A DNA stretch of 64,000 nucleotides from Lewinellaceae bacterium. GTDB taxonomy: Bacteria > Bacteroidota > Bacteroidia > Chitinophagales > Saprospiraceae. The DNA is taken from NCBI GenBank assembly GCA_020636375.1, contig JACJXZ010000011.1, positions 258,115 through 322,114 on the forward strand, written 5' to 3'. The notes beneath the pieces were generated by a model that made no database searches, was not told the DNA's origin, and saw only the letters and a program-made list of their open reading frames with translations. The translations under genes were made by a program, and so were the position numbers. How positions within the stretch are numbered: position 1 is the first letter of the stretch; each line of letters starts with the position of its first letter. This document shows positions 37,836-50,216 of this stretch, in pieces.

Positions 37836-39362
37836 TTACTCTTCTTTGATCACCACCACCGCCTTTTCCAGCAGTTCATCCCTGCCTTGCCGGATGCCCT
37901 CAGGGGTGGGTTCCGTATAAATGTCCGGTTTGATGCCAACGAGGTGGTGGGGCGAGCCGTCGTGCTGCAGCACCAGCATGCCGGTGAAGGAAATGCTGTA
38001 TCCGCCGGGCGCGCGGAAGCCATTGCCGTTGCCGTTGGCGCCGGCCGTCGGCGTGCCGATGATGGTTCCCAGGCCGTAGTGCCTGACGATGGCCAGCAGG
38101 CTCTCGGAATAACTCATGGCGCTGCCGTCGTTGAGAAAAGCAACTTTCCCTTTGATCCGGGGCTTTTCCGGCGGGAGGTTCCAGCGGGTGGTTTCGTAGG
38201 TAATAGGTTCTTCCCGGTCCGGATAATACACGATGGGGGTCTTGAAATAAGCCGATTCTGCCGGCTCATCGATGAGGTGGCAGAGGAACTGTTTGTGGAT
38301 TTTCGGATAGCCTCTCAGGTCGAAGACGACGCCTTTGGCGCGGGCCAGCTCTTCGAGGCGGCCTTCGAATTGCTCCTTTGACAACCGCTCCAGGTTGCAG
38401 TAGTAATAGCCTTCTTCTATTTCATAGAAAGCTTCGCGGCATATTTCCTTCAGGATTTTCAGCGCCCAGTACCACAACCTTTTGGTTTGGACGGCCAACT
38501 CCTCCTTCCCGCGCCGGATTTTCAGGCGGCAGAGCGGTTCGCTGTCCTTGCCCCACAACGACCACCATTGAAGCGCCTTCGCCCGCTTCCACTGCGGGCT
38601 GCCGGAGATGAGGGCCATTGCGCTGTCCAGTTGCTGCCGGGCATCCTGGCCGTCCACCTCCAGGATGACGTCTCCCGGTTTGACCTCTTCTGCCCGGGAA
38701 TAGGTAGCCACGATTTTGTCTTCCACCAGGGTGGTCAGGAAATACGGATACAGGGTGTCCGGATTGGCCGGGTGGTTCAGCCCGGCGTGGCCGTCCTGTA
38801 GTTTTTCCAGCAAACGCGCCAGGATTTCCATGCCGCCCAGGGTGCCGGCGCCGGTAGTAATGGCGGCCGCGAGGGATTCCCGCAGCGCTGCTTCCCAGCC
38901 TGCCCGCATTGCGTCCTGATAGGGGTAGAAATGCCGGAGTATGTTCCAGGCATAAATGACGGCCGCCAGGCGGGTATCGGCCCGATCGGCCCGGTTTTGC
39001 TCCGGTTCGATGGCGGACAGCGCGGCCTGCAGGGCTTCGAATTGCGGCGGGAAAGAACCCGGCGGCGCTGCAGGCAGGTACAGCACCAGCGGGATATGGC
39101 AGCGGATGCCCATCCCGATGTCTTTTTCCAAAATGCGCTTATCAGGCGTGCCAATCGAAAAAGCGCGTTGCCGTTTAAAGCTTTCCCGCCCGATGCGCAC
39201 CGACTCGTAGCGGCTGCGCGAGGACAGGCCGACGCCCCGGTGGACGAAGTAAGCCTCCACAGTGCCTGGTTGCCACTCGACGGCCTGAGAGCCGGCCGTT
39301 TCCGCCCCGATGGACATTGTGAGCGCCAGGGGCTGGAAAACCCGGCGCAGGGCTGCTGTCAA
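37836..39362 (-). CDS. S41 family peptidase (C-terminal processing / tail-specific protease-like).
   Basis: 'GSAMSYSESLLAIVRHYGLGTIIGTPTAG' holds the catalytic Ser region. 'VGIKPDI' holds the Lys. The start is uncertain. Confidence 0.55.
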   Translation of the reverse strand: MTAALRRVFQPLALTMSIGAETAGSQAVEWQPGTVEAYFVHRGVGLSSRSRYESVRIGRESFKRQRAFSIGTPDKRILEKDIGMGIRCHIPLVLYLPAAPPGSFPPQFEALQAALSAIEPEQNRADRADTRLAAVIYAWNILRHFYPYQDAMRAGWEAALRESLAAAITTGAGTLGGMEILARLLEKLQDGHAGLNHPANPDTLYPYFLTTLVEDKIVATYSRAEEVKPGDVILEVDGQDARQQLDSAMALISGSPQWKRAKALQWWSLWGKDSEPLCRLKIRRGKEELAVQTKRLWYWALKILKEICREAFYEIEEGYYYCNLERLSKEQFEGRLEELARAKGVVFDLRGYPKIHKQFLCHLIDEPAESAYFKTPIVYYPDREEPITYETTRWNLPPEKPRIKGKVAFLNDGSAMSYSESLLAIVRHYGLGTIIGTPTAGANGNGNGFRAPGGYSISFTGMLVLQHDGSPHHLVGIKPDIYTEPTPEGIRQGRDELLEKAVVVIKEE

Positions 39363-39400
39363 CTCCGCCCGCCCCTGGCAGTGGCATCAAGATGGCGGTC

Positions 39401-39545
39401 ATTTCCATTGTATTTCCACTGCATCTCCATCGTATTTCCACCGCATTTCCACCGCATCTCCACTACATTTCCACCGCATCTCCACTGCATTTCCACTACA
39501 TCTCCACTGCATCTCCACCGTATCTCCACCGCATTTCTATACTAT
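39401..39545. repeat. 10 bp minisatellite array, ~14 copies. It is the reverse complement of the 23104-23240 family.
   Basis: The reverse complement of 'atttccaccgcatctccactgc' reads 'gcagtggagatgcggtggaaat', which matches the 'TGGARAT' units. Confidence 0.8.
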
Positions 39546-40474
39546 TTCTCCATCTCCCCCTTCACCACCTCCTTCACCCCTTCCTCATAAGGCGTAATGT
39601 CAAAATCGCTGAACTGCTGTTCGAACTTGCTGCTGTCGAAGAAGTAATCCCGGTCGTACTGGTAGGCCATTTCCGCCAGTTCCCGCATGATGGGCACGAA
39701 CAGGCCGATGAGCCGGACCAGCCAGGTAGGCAGGGCCTGGTAGCGGGGTTTCATGTTCAGTTCGCGGGCGAACAAGTCGATCCACTGTTTGCCGGTGAGT
39801 TGCTCGTGGCTGGTTGGCAGGTGCCAGGATTGGTTGTAGGCGTCCGGGGTGTTGCCAAGCAGGGCAGTGGCCCGGCCGGCATCCGGGGTATAGGTGAAAG
39901 AATGGTTCTTGTCGAGGCGGGCGAACCACTGCCCTTTCTTGCCCTGGAGCATATTTTTCAGCGCCATTTCTTGCAGGACGCTGGATTGCACCCCTGGCCC
40001 GTAAAAGTCGGCGGCGCGGGCGATGAGGGCCGTCAGGTTGCCGGCCTCCACTTCGTCCATGATCATATGGACGAGCTGTTCCCGGATGCGGCCCTTTTTG
40101 CTCACCGGGCGGAAGGGGGTCTCTTCCGTCATCTGGCCCATATAGGCCGGGTCGTACATGTAGACGTTGTCGAAGAACACCAGCCGGGCGCCGTGGGTTT
40201 TGCAGGCGCCGATCACGTTGCGCATAAGGGTGGGCCAGTGCCGGCGCCATGCCTTGATGTCATAAGGCAGGCCCACGATGAGGTAAGCGACCTCCGAGCC
40301 TTCCACCGCCTGGTCAACCTGCTCGGGGATCGTCAGGTCGGCGGCCAGGAGCTGGTCCGTTTCGTTAACCTTCTCCGGGTGGCGGCTGACGAGGCGGATG
40401 TCATCAGTGTATGCTTTCAGTGCTTTGGCCAGCGGGCCTCCGATAGCGCCGCCGGCACCTAAAATGGTCTGCAT
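39542..40474 (-). CDS. NAD-dependent epimerase/dehydratase family (extended SDR) protein.
   Basis: N-terminal 'ILGAGGAIGGPLAKAL' glycine-rich NAD(P)-binding motif. Confidence 0.65.
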   Translation of the reverse strand: MQTILGAGGAIGGPLAKALKAYTDDIRLVSRHPEKVNETDQLLAADLTIPEQVDQAVEGSEVAYLIVGLPYDIKAWRRHWPTLMRNVIGACKTHGARLVFFDNVYMYDPAYMGQMTEETPFRPVSKKGRIREQLVHMIMDEVEAGNLTALIARAADFYGPGVQSSVLQEMALKNMLQGKKGQWFARLDKNHSFTYTPDAGRATALLGNTPDAYNQSWHLPTSHEQLTGKQWIDLFARELNMKPRYQALPTWLVRLIGLFVPIMRELAEMAYQYDRDYFFDSSKFEQQFSDFDITPYEEGVKEVVKGEMEK

Positions 40475-40478
40475 CTGT

Positions 40479-40865
40479 TCAGTTTTTCAGTTCGTTAATG
40501 CTTTGTATGTCTTTTTTGAAACGTTCGGTCAGGTCGTGTACGAAACCTTCGATCACCCCCTTTTCGTTGCGGTCGATGCCGGCACTGGCGCGGGCTACTT
40601 CCTCCAGGATTTCGATGAGGAACTGGTACTCGGGATCCGGCCCGTTCTCCCGGCAGCGGTCGATGATCTTGAGGTACAGGTCTTCCGGGTCGTTCCGGTG
40701 GGTGCGCTCGTAGTCGAACGACCACTTGATCTGGCGGGCCCGGGGGTGGCCCTTCAGGATTTTCTCCAGGGATTCTACCTCTTCGGGCTGAATGAGGCCG
40801 TCGGCTTTGGCGACCAGGTAGAGCAGCTCGCCGAAGGCGTCGTAAATTCTCTCTTTTGGCGTCAT
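40479..40865 (-). CDS. TerB-like (tellurite resistance TerB family) protein.
   Basis: 'IYDAFGELLYLVAKADGLIQPEEVESL...' carries the TerB signature. The ATG is at 40865. Confidence 0.5.
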   Translation of the reverse strand: MTPKERIYDAFGELLYLVAKADGLIQPEEVESLEKILKGHPRARQIKWSFDYERTHRNDPEDLYLKIIDRCRENGPDPEYQFLIEILEEVARASAGIDRNEKGVIEGFVHDLTERFKKDIQSINELKN

Positions 40866-41339
40866 TGTGGCTCGGGTTTTGAGATCGGCTTTGGTGCCGC
40901 AGGTCAATATAAGAAATAATGAGGAAATGGGAAGCTTGCCCGGCCGGTCCGGACAGCTGACTGGAGAGGACGGGGTGGAAGGCGGAAGCGACCGAAGGGA
41001 GTCCCGTACCGACGAAGGAGGTCGGGATGGGATGCTTTGATGCACTTACGATAAATGCCGGCGAGAGGGGCCTGTCGGCAAAAATTGTTATAAAATTATT
41101 TCTACGCAAAATATTTTATTATTTTTAGCCGTCTTTTCCAAACCTGCTATGAGTTAACCAGGCCCGCTTCGGGCCGCCTGCCCGGCTTCTGTCCTTTATC
41201 CCGTAAGGGAAACAAACACTGTTCACCGTTTTTAAGCAACACTTAGGTCTTGTGGCGTCCCTCAGGGACAGGTTATATTGTTTCCGTGAGACTTAATCTA
41301 GGAGGGGCTAATAATTAGCCGGACACAATTATTTTACTG

Positions 41340-41570
41340 ATAAATAATTATCGAAGTTGCTCGCTACGGCCTGCAGTATGTGAGCGCTATCTGGAGTGCG
41401 GACCTCCAGGTCCGCGTCAATGAAACCAGATTAGGCTCCTTGTCTGCGCGGTCCTGGAGGGCCGCGCTCCGGACTAAACACATACCGGCCGCAGGCCGTA
41501 ACGAGCATTCCTGTTTTTTATCAACCTAAATATATCCATCTACATAAAACCAGATTATCAAACACCCTCA
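41340..41570 (+). other. Highly structured GC-rich palindromic region (nested hairpins) upstream of the M43 protease gene, ending in a T-run. Possibly a REP cluster, an ncRNA or a structured leader.
   Basis: Outer arms 'gctcgctacggcctgcag'/'ccgcaggccgtaacgagc'. Inner hairpins 'gcggacctccaggtccgc' and 'gcgcggtcctggagggccgcgc'. It ends '...tcctgttttttatc'. Confidence 0.4.
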
Positions 41571-41582
41571 ATTTTGACTTTC

Positions 41583-44504
<2,922 letters not shown>

Positions 44505-44683
44505 ACCGGCGCTCTGCAAAAAAAGGAACGGCAAGGCAGCATCCGGCTGCTTTGCCATTCTTTTTTTTAGGTAGCCAGCCGTAATGAAAGGAAATAAAGC
44601 AGGCTATAGCAGCCCTCATCTCCTGCCCGGCTGCCACCGGGATGAAGAACAGCAAGCAGGCTGTTCTCCATTCCGGTAAACGC

Positions 44684-45043
44684 TTACCCTGCCGGGTAGA
44701 AAAACTGCTCGCGGACGATCTTGCCGCCGTTCACTTCGTAGACGCAAATCTCGGTCATGGCTTCCCGCTTTCCCCTCTGCTTGTCGGTGGCGTCCATGTA
44801 CATGGTCACGGCGAAGTGGTTGCCCCCCACGAGAGGGTCGGAGACTTTCATGTCGTGTACTTCCATCGTGTTGGCGAAGTACTCGCTCTTGCCTTTGACG
44901 GCCTCCAGCCCTTTGGCTTCCCGGGGCTCCCCGGCGGCCTCGACGCTGACGATGTCGTCGTGGTACAATTCTTCAATGGCTTGTTGGTTCTGGCCTTTGC
45001 GGCAAAGATTTACCAGTCGGTCGGCGATTTCCTGAGTAGTCAT
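44684..45043 (-). CDS. SnoaL-like / NTF2-like family protein.
   Basis: 119 aa. It fits the SnoaL_2-like pattern. Confidence 0.45.
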   Translation of the reverse strand: MTTQEIADRLVNLCRKGQNQQAIEELYHDDIVSVEAAGEPREAKGLEAVKGKSEYFANTMEVHDMKVSDPLVGGNHFAVTMYMDATDKQRGKREAMTEICVYEVNGGKIVREQFFYPAG

Positions 45044-45165
45044 AAAACAAAGGATTTAAGGGTTAAAAAGTGTAAATTGACGGCGGCAAAGCTACGGAGA
45101 AACAAATAAAAAACAAACTATTTGTTTAATATTTATTGTTTTATTTGTCCGGAAAACTGCATAAA

Positions 45166-45654
45166 ATGAAACCGGAAACCTTGTTCAAATACCTGCTTCC
45201 CCTTCTTGGTTTTCTGCTCTTTGGCAGTTGCGGCCGCCCGGCGCCTTCCGGAGCGGAGGCTGCCCCCGGGCGGGAGAGCCTGCACCAGGCCCTCGACGCC
45301 TTCAACGCCGCCTATGCCCGCGCCGACGTCGCCGCCCTGGATAAAATGCTGGTCGCGGGTTATCTCCACACGAATGGCGCCAACCCGCCTTTAGGCAAAG
45401 ACAGCTGGCTGAACTACGTATCGGGCCGCCGGAAAGCGCTCGATGCCGGGGATCTGGTCATCGACAGCTATACCTTGCTGGACCTTCAGGTGCGGCTTCA
45501 CGGCCGGGCCGCTGCTGTGGCCGGCAAGGTGCGCATCAGCGGGCTGGACGAGGACGGCCCTTTCGAGAACGAGTTTCGGGTGACCCAGCTGTGGGTTTAT
45601 GAAGATGCCGGCGGCTGGAAGCGGGCGGCGTTTCACGATGGGGTCGTGAAATGA
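45166..45654 (+). CDS. DUF4440/NTF2-like lipoprotein.
   Basis: Lipobox 'FGSCG'. It fits the NTF2-like fold pattern. Confidence 0.45.
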   Translation: MKPETLFKYLLPLLGFLLFGSCGRPAPSGAEAAPGRESLHQALDAFNAAYARADVAALDKMLVAGYLHTNGANPPLGKDSWLNYVSGRRKALDAGDLVIDSYTLLDLQVRLHGRAAAVAGKVRISGLDEDGPFENEFRVTQLWVYEDAGGWKRAAFHDGVVK

Positions 45655-45888
45655 ATGGGGTTTCATCGTTTCAACCCCTGTACCCCATAGGGCGTGATTC
45701 CTTTTTGTACCCCTTGCTCGGTTTTAGGCCCGTCCGTCCGGCCGGGTAAATCTTAGGCTGTAGGTTTTAGGGGGGCAATCCCAGCCTAATCGGGCACTCA
45801 ACAGGTGCCTAACGCCCAAAACCTAATGCCTAAATCCTCCCAACACCGGAGGGGGCACAATTTAGCATCGCACCCTACCCCATACGCC

Positions 45889-46653
45889 TCACCTCCCCAA
45901 CATCTCCACTACCAGTTCTGCCGCCGCCGCGCCGGAATTCTGCTGCTGGCCAGTGATCAGGTTGCCGTCTGCAATAGCGTAGGACGAGAAGGGCGCCGCT
46001 ACTTTGAAATGCGTGCCGGCTATTTTCCTCGCCTCCTCCTCGATGCGGTAGGGCTGTATTTTCATGCCTACGGCCTGGTCGGCGTACTCCTCCTCGGCGT
46101 CGGCAAAGCCGGTCCAGGTCTTGCCCCTGACCAGTAGCCCGCCGTCCGAGCCTTTAGCTTCCAGCAGTAGGGTGGTAGAGTGGCAGACCGCCGCGCTGGG
46201 TTTGCCGGCTTCGTAAAAAGCGGCGAACAACTTTTCCAGGCCCTTGTTGCCCCGGTAGGTATACATGGGGCCCTGGCCGCCCACCAGGAAGATGGCGTCG
46301 TAGTCGTCGGGGTTGACGTCCGTCAGCTTGCGGGTGTTCTCCAGCATCTGGTTAAACCAGTCCTGCTGCATATAGCCAAGGGAAATGACGTCGTGGGCCG
46401 AGTAACCGCTCGCGTCGGTGGGATTGGAGTAGCCGTCCATCTCCAGTTTGCCGCCTTCGGTGGAAGCCAGCTCCACTTCATAACCCGCTTCCTGGAATAC
46501 CCGCAGCGGGTGGGTCAGCTCGGCCGCCCAGAAGCCGATCGGCCAGCCGGTCTGTTGGGAAACGGCGGGGCTGCTGGCCACCATCAGGATCCTGCCCTTG
46601 AACGGGGCGCCGTGCGGGTGCACATAACTTTGAACTTCTTTCACTTTGCTCAT
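45889..46653 (-). CDS. DJ-1/PfpI family (type 1 glutamine amidotransferase-like) protein.
   Basis: 'SAAVCHSTTLLLEA' is the Cys nucleophile elbow. Confidence 0.65.
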   Translation of the reverse strand: MSKVKEVQSYVHPHGAPFKGRILMVASSPAVSQQTGWPIGFWAAELTHPLRVFQEAGYEVELASTEGGKLEMDGYSNPTDASGYSAHDVISLGYMQQDWFNQMLENTRKLTDVNPDDYDAIFLVGGQGPMYTYRGNKGLEKLFAAFYEAGKPSAAVCHSTTLLLEAKGSDGGLLVRGKTWTGFADAEEEYADQAVGMKIQPYRIEEEARKIAGTHFKVAAPFSSYAIADGNLITGQQQNSGAAAAELVVEMLGR

Positions 46654-46792
46654 TTTTGCTGGATTTATTGTGTTGGAATTTTTTTTAAAACCCGGACAAA
46701 AATAAGCGCTATGCCTACCTTTGTCTATATACTGACGAGCAAGTATGGTACTAACTTTTAAGAAAGTATACTGATAACCAAATTAATACGAT

Positions 46793-47149
46793 ATGCCAGA
46801 TTTCATTTATAACGGAAAAGTGTACTATAACCCGGTGGAATTCGCTATGGACCGGGTGGGCGGCACCTGGAAGATGCCTATCCTGTGGCGCCTGAAGGAC
46901 AAGGTGTACCGCTACAGCGAGCTGAAGCGGTCGATCAAACACATTTCGGACAAGATGCTCACCACCCAGCTGCGGGAGTTGGAGCAGGACGGCTTTGTTC
47001 ACAGGGAGGTGTATGCGGTAGTGCCGCCCAAAACCGAATACAGCATCACCGACAAGGGCCGGCTGGCGATTCCCATCGTGGAGGCACTGAGGAATTTCGG
47101 AATAGAGCTGATGGGGATAGAGGGGATTGATGTGACGCATTATCGGTGA
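46793..47149 (+). CDS. HxlR family winged-helix transcriptional regulator.
   Basis: 'WKMPILWRLKDKVYRYSELKRSI..ISDKMLTTQLRELEQDGFVHREV'. It is divergent from the DJ-1 gene. Confidence 0.7.
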   Translation: MPDFIYNGKVYYNPVEFAMDRVGGTWKMPILWRLKDKVYRYSELKRSIKHISDKMLTTQLRELEQDGFVHREVYAVVPPKTEYSITDKGRLAIPIVEALRNFGIELMGIEGIDVTHYR

Positions 47150-47404
47150 AAATGCCTTTCAACCTGCCGGGTTTCGGTTTGGTTCCGGAATGAACAACCC
47201 GGCAGCGTTTATCGGTAACGTAAGGTAACCTTTCCCTGGCCTTCGGCATTAAAGGCAAGATTCCGGGATTTTCTCCGGGAGAAAACAATCCATATTCAAG
47301 CAGCTTCTTAGAAACCCCATGCAGGGATGAACCCTGGCGGCTGTTGATCGCTTTATAAATCAGGCATCCATTATTTTCGGCGCACCAACACTCCCAATCC
47401 CCCA

Positions 47405-47986
47405 ATGAAGGAACACCCCGAACACCGGTTAGCTGACGAACAGTACCTGAACGGCCTGCTGGGGCGGGATCCGGCAGTGCTGGAAAATATATACCAACAT
47501 TTTTTTCCCGGCATTGCGAAGCATGTGCTGGACAACAGCGGCAGCCGGGAAGATGCCGAGGATGTTTTCCAGGAGGGCCTGCTGGTGCTGTACCGCAAAG
47601 CTAAGGGAGGCAACCTGGCGCTCAGCAGCAGTTTTTATACCTTCTTTTATGCTATATGCAAGAGGATCTGGCTGAAAAAACTGACGCGGGGCAAGGCAAA
47701 CCGGGTACTGCCGCTGGAAGAAGAAAGGGTAGGGGAGATCGCCGACGATGCTGCGCAGGCCCTGGAGCAGTCGGAACAGTACCAGCTCTACCGCAGCAAG
47801 TTCAAACTGCTGGGGGAAGACTGCCAGAACCTGCTGCGGCTTTTTTTCAAGGGAGTGGGCATGGCGGAGATCGCCGGGCAGATGGGCTATGGCAGCGAGG
47901 GCTATGCCAAAAAGCGTAAATTCCAGTGCAAGGAGCAACTGGTGCAGATGATCAGGGCCGATGCCAGCTACCGGGAGCTCCGCTGA
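47405..47986 (+). CDS. RNA polymerase ECF-type sigma-70 factor.
   Basis: Region 2 'EDAEDVFQEGLLVLYRK' and region 4 'GMAEIAGQMGYGSEGYAKKRKFQCKEQL'. Confidence 0.6.
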   Translation: MKEHPEHRLADEQYLNGLLGRDPAVLENIYQHFFPGIAKHVLDNSGSREDAEDVFQEGLLVLYRKAKGGNLALSSSFYTFFYAICKRIWLKKLTRGKANRVLPLEEERVGEIADDAAQALEQSEQYQLYRSKFKLLGEDCQNLLRLFFKGVGMAEIAGQMGYGSEGYAKKRKFQCKEQLVQMIRADASYRELR

Positions 47987-48060
47987 TTTTAATCACATAG
48001 GGCATATAGGAGTTTTCGCATAGGCCACAATAGCGCCACGGATTATAAATTTATCATAGA

Positions 48061-50113
48061 TTTTCACGTGGAAAAATAGACCCTAATTTTCAAGTAAAAG
48101 AGGCCCCCTCAAAAGCGAGGCGTTTGTCATGGAGCCAGGGGTAGTCAAACTGATATTCACTCATTGCCGTCAGTATCTGCGGCAGGTCTCGTTTCTTTTT
48201 CAGGAAGATCCTGATATCGTTCATTGAAATAGAAATCGTTCCGGCATTATAGATGAAGCGGTCGAAGACCGACTGATCAGCCAGATGTTGGTAACGTCCC
48301 AACTCAAGGGCCAGAAGGCGATAAAGATTATGAGCCAGGATGGTCATGACCAGGTCGAAGTCGACTTTGATGACCATGGAAGAAGAAAGGCGGTTGAGAT
48401 GGAAGAAGTCTATCTGCTCGGAGATGGATTTCTCGATGAGCCAACGGCGGCAGTATTTCCTGACGATCTGTTCCAGGGGGATAGCAAAGTCGTTAGAGAT
48501 GATCAACGCCGGTTTGATCTTGCCATGGCCGGTGATGACGACCTGGCGGATATCTTTTCCGTATCCCGGCAGGAAGATGGTTTGATCGGCTGCTTTGAGC
48601 GTACGCTTTCGGTTTCCGGCGGCTTCCACCCGCAGGGTTTTCCAGTCCGAAGCCGGCATCTGTTCAATTTGGCGAATCATATTTTTACCGCGCCGGCGAA
48701 TAGTGATGAACTTGACGTTTCGCTCATCGAGCTGTGCCAGGTTCTCGTAATTGGTGAACCGGCTGTCGAAAACCAGGTATTTGAGTGCTTTGCCATCCGG
48801 ATCGTCGGCGCGATAAAAATCCAGGTACTCCAGTACGACCTGGGCTTCGGATTGGCGTTGCACATCGGTGTGGCCGTAGTCGATGATGCCGGTATCGGGG
48901 TCATGGGCGAGCACCGCCAGCATGCTGGCCAAGGCTTTGGATCGCTTGCCCGACCAGTTATTCTCCAGGTGGCCGTCCTCGTCACCCCAATACGGGATGG
49001 CGGTAAAATCCAGGTTAGCCGTATCGCCGAGCAGGCCGTGTCCGAGCCACCGGCGATGCAGCCGGCGCAGAAAATCCAGGTTCATCTGCCGGGTGACGCG
49101 ATGGGAATAGGAACTGAACCAGGCCGCCTTTGGCAATACGTTGAGTCCGGCGAACAGGCCGCTGCCCCGGTCCATGCACCACAGGTCATCGGCCGAATAG
49201 CGCCGCACGTTGGACAGCTTCAGGGCCAGAAAGGACAAAATGGCGGACAGGCGGGAGATCTCTCGCGTCTGGGGATAATCCGAGGAGCGGATCAGTTCAT
49301 CGATGCCGTAGTGGCGCAGGATCGGCAAGAAGCACAACAGGCCGGCGTGCTGGGTGTCAAAATACTCCTCTGCCCCGTCCCAGGCCTGTGCTTTTGGGGC
49401 TTCCAGGCGAACCACTTTCAATTCCTGGCGCTCGGTTTTGGTACGGCGAGGCAGACGGGCAAAACCTTCCCGCATCAGCAAGTCGTAGACGTAATTGTAA
49501 TTGGCCTTATGCCCTTTGGCTTGCAGCATGGAGGTGATCTCGGGAGTTGAATAATTTTGTTTGCGCAGGGCCAAAATATCCTCGTCGAGGGCCGATTGCT
49601 CAGGCGGTGACTGAACAGGCCGCCCGGTAGGCTTGACGGTAAAGAAAAAATCGATGTCGGGATGGTCCTTTAAGTGACGCCTAAAGTTCCGGGCCAGGCC
49701 ATACACTGCCGAAACGGTATAGCCAAATCGCTCGGCTACTTCAGCGGCAGGTTGCTTTTCATAGAAAAAGGCACGCATGGCTTCGTACTGTTTATGTGCC
49801 ACAGTGGGCAGGCTTGTGAAATATTCCGAAGGATCCATTTAAAACAAATTAGGCCGCATATTAAATTTGATAAGGATTTTTAAAGATAGTTAAAATTTGT
49901 ATTCCACACCCCAAAAACCCTGAAAATCACTGAAACTGGGCCTAAAAAGCTCATTTTTGGGTAAAACCCGAATCAATCCAGGCTTCTCAAACGAATAAAC
50001 GAAGCCTAATTGAACCCTAATTTGTTTTAAAACACACCGAGTCAACTACTTGACAATCAATTATTTAACAAATTTAGCCGCAGTTTAAATTAGGGTTTTT
50101 AATCCGCGTGAAA
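48061..50113 (-). mobile_element. Insertion sequence (~2.05 kb) with ~30 bp imperfect terminal inverted repeats. It is inserted between the ECF sigma gene and the anti-sigma gene.
   Basis: Left end 'ttttcacgtggaaaaatagaccctaatttt'. The reverse complement of the right end reads 'ttttcacgcggattaaaaaccctaattt'. The two ends flank a single 582 aa transposase ORF. Confidence 0.6.
48090..49838 (-). CDS. Large DDE-type transposase (IS4-superfamily-like, possibly IS1634-like). The family assignment is uncertain.
   Basis: 582 aa. There is an N-terminal HTH-like region, and it lies between terminal IRs. Confidence 0.5.
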   Translation of the reverse strand: MDPSEYFTSLPTVAHKQYEAMRAFFYEKQPAAEVAERFGYTVSAVYGLARNFRRHLKDHPDIDFFFTVKPTGRPVQSPPEQSALDEDILALRKQNYSTPEITSMLQAKGHKANYNYVYDLLMREGFARLPRRTKTERQELKVVRLEAPKAQAWDGAEEYFDTQHAGLLCFLPILRHYGIDELIRSSDYPQTREISRLSAILSFLALKLSNVRRYSADDLWCMDRGSGLFAGLNVLPKAAWFSSYSHRVTRQMNLDFLRRLHRRWLGHGLLGDTANLDFTAIPYWGDEDGHLENNWSGKRSKALASMLAVLAHDPDTGIIDYGHTDVQRQSEAQVVLEYLDFYRADDPDGKALKYLVFDSRFTNYENLAQLDERNVKFITIRRRGKNMIRQIEQMPASDWKTLRVEAAGNRKRTLKAADQTIFLPGYGKDIRQVVITGHGKIKPALIISNDFAIPLEQIVRKYCRRWLIEKSISEQIDFFHLNRLSSSMVIKVDFDLVMTILAHNLYRLLALELGRYQHLADQSVFDRFIYNAGTISISMNDIRIFLKKKRDLPQILTAMSEYQFDYPWLHDKRLAFEGASFT

Positions 50114-50216
50114 ATCTGTGTTTATAAAACATCGGTTATCATAAACTTTCAACCTGCGGCGCTACCGGGCGGATGAGTAATCCAGGATTCAGCCCCGAGC
50201 CTAAAAATTCCGAGAT

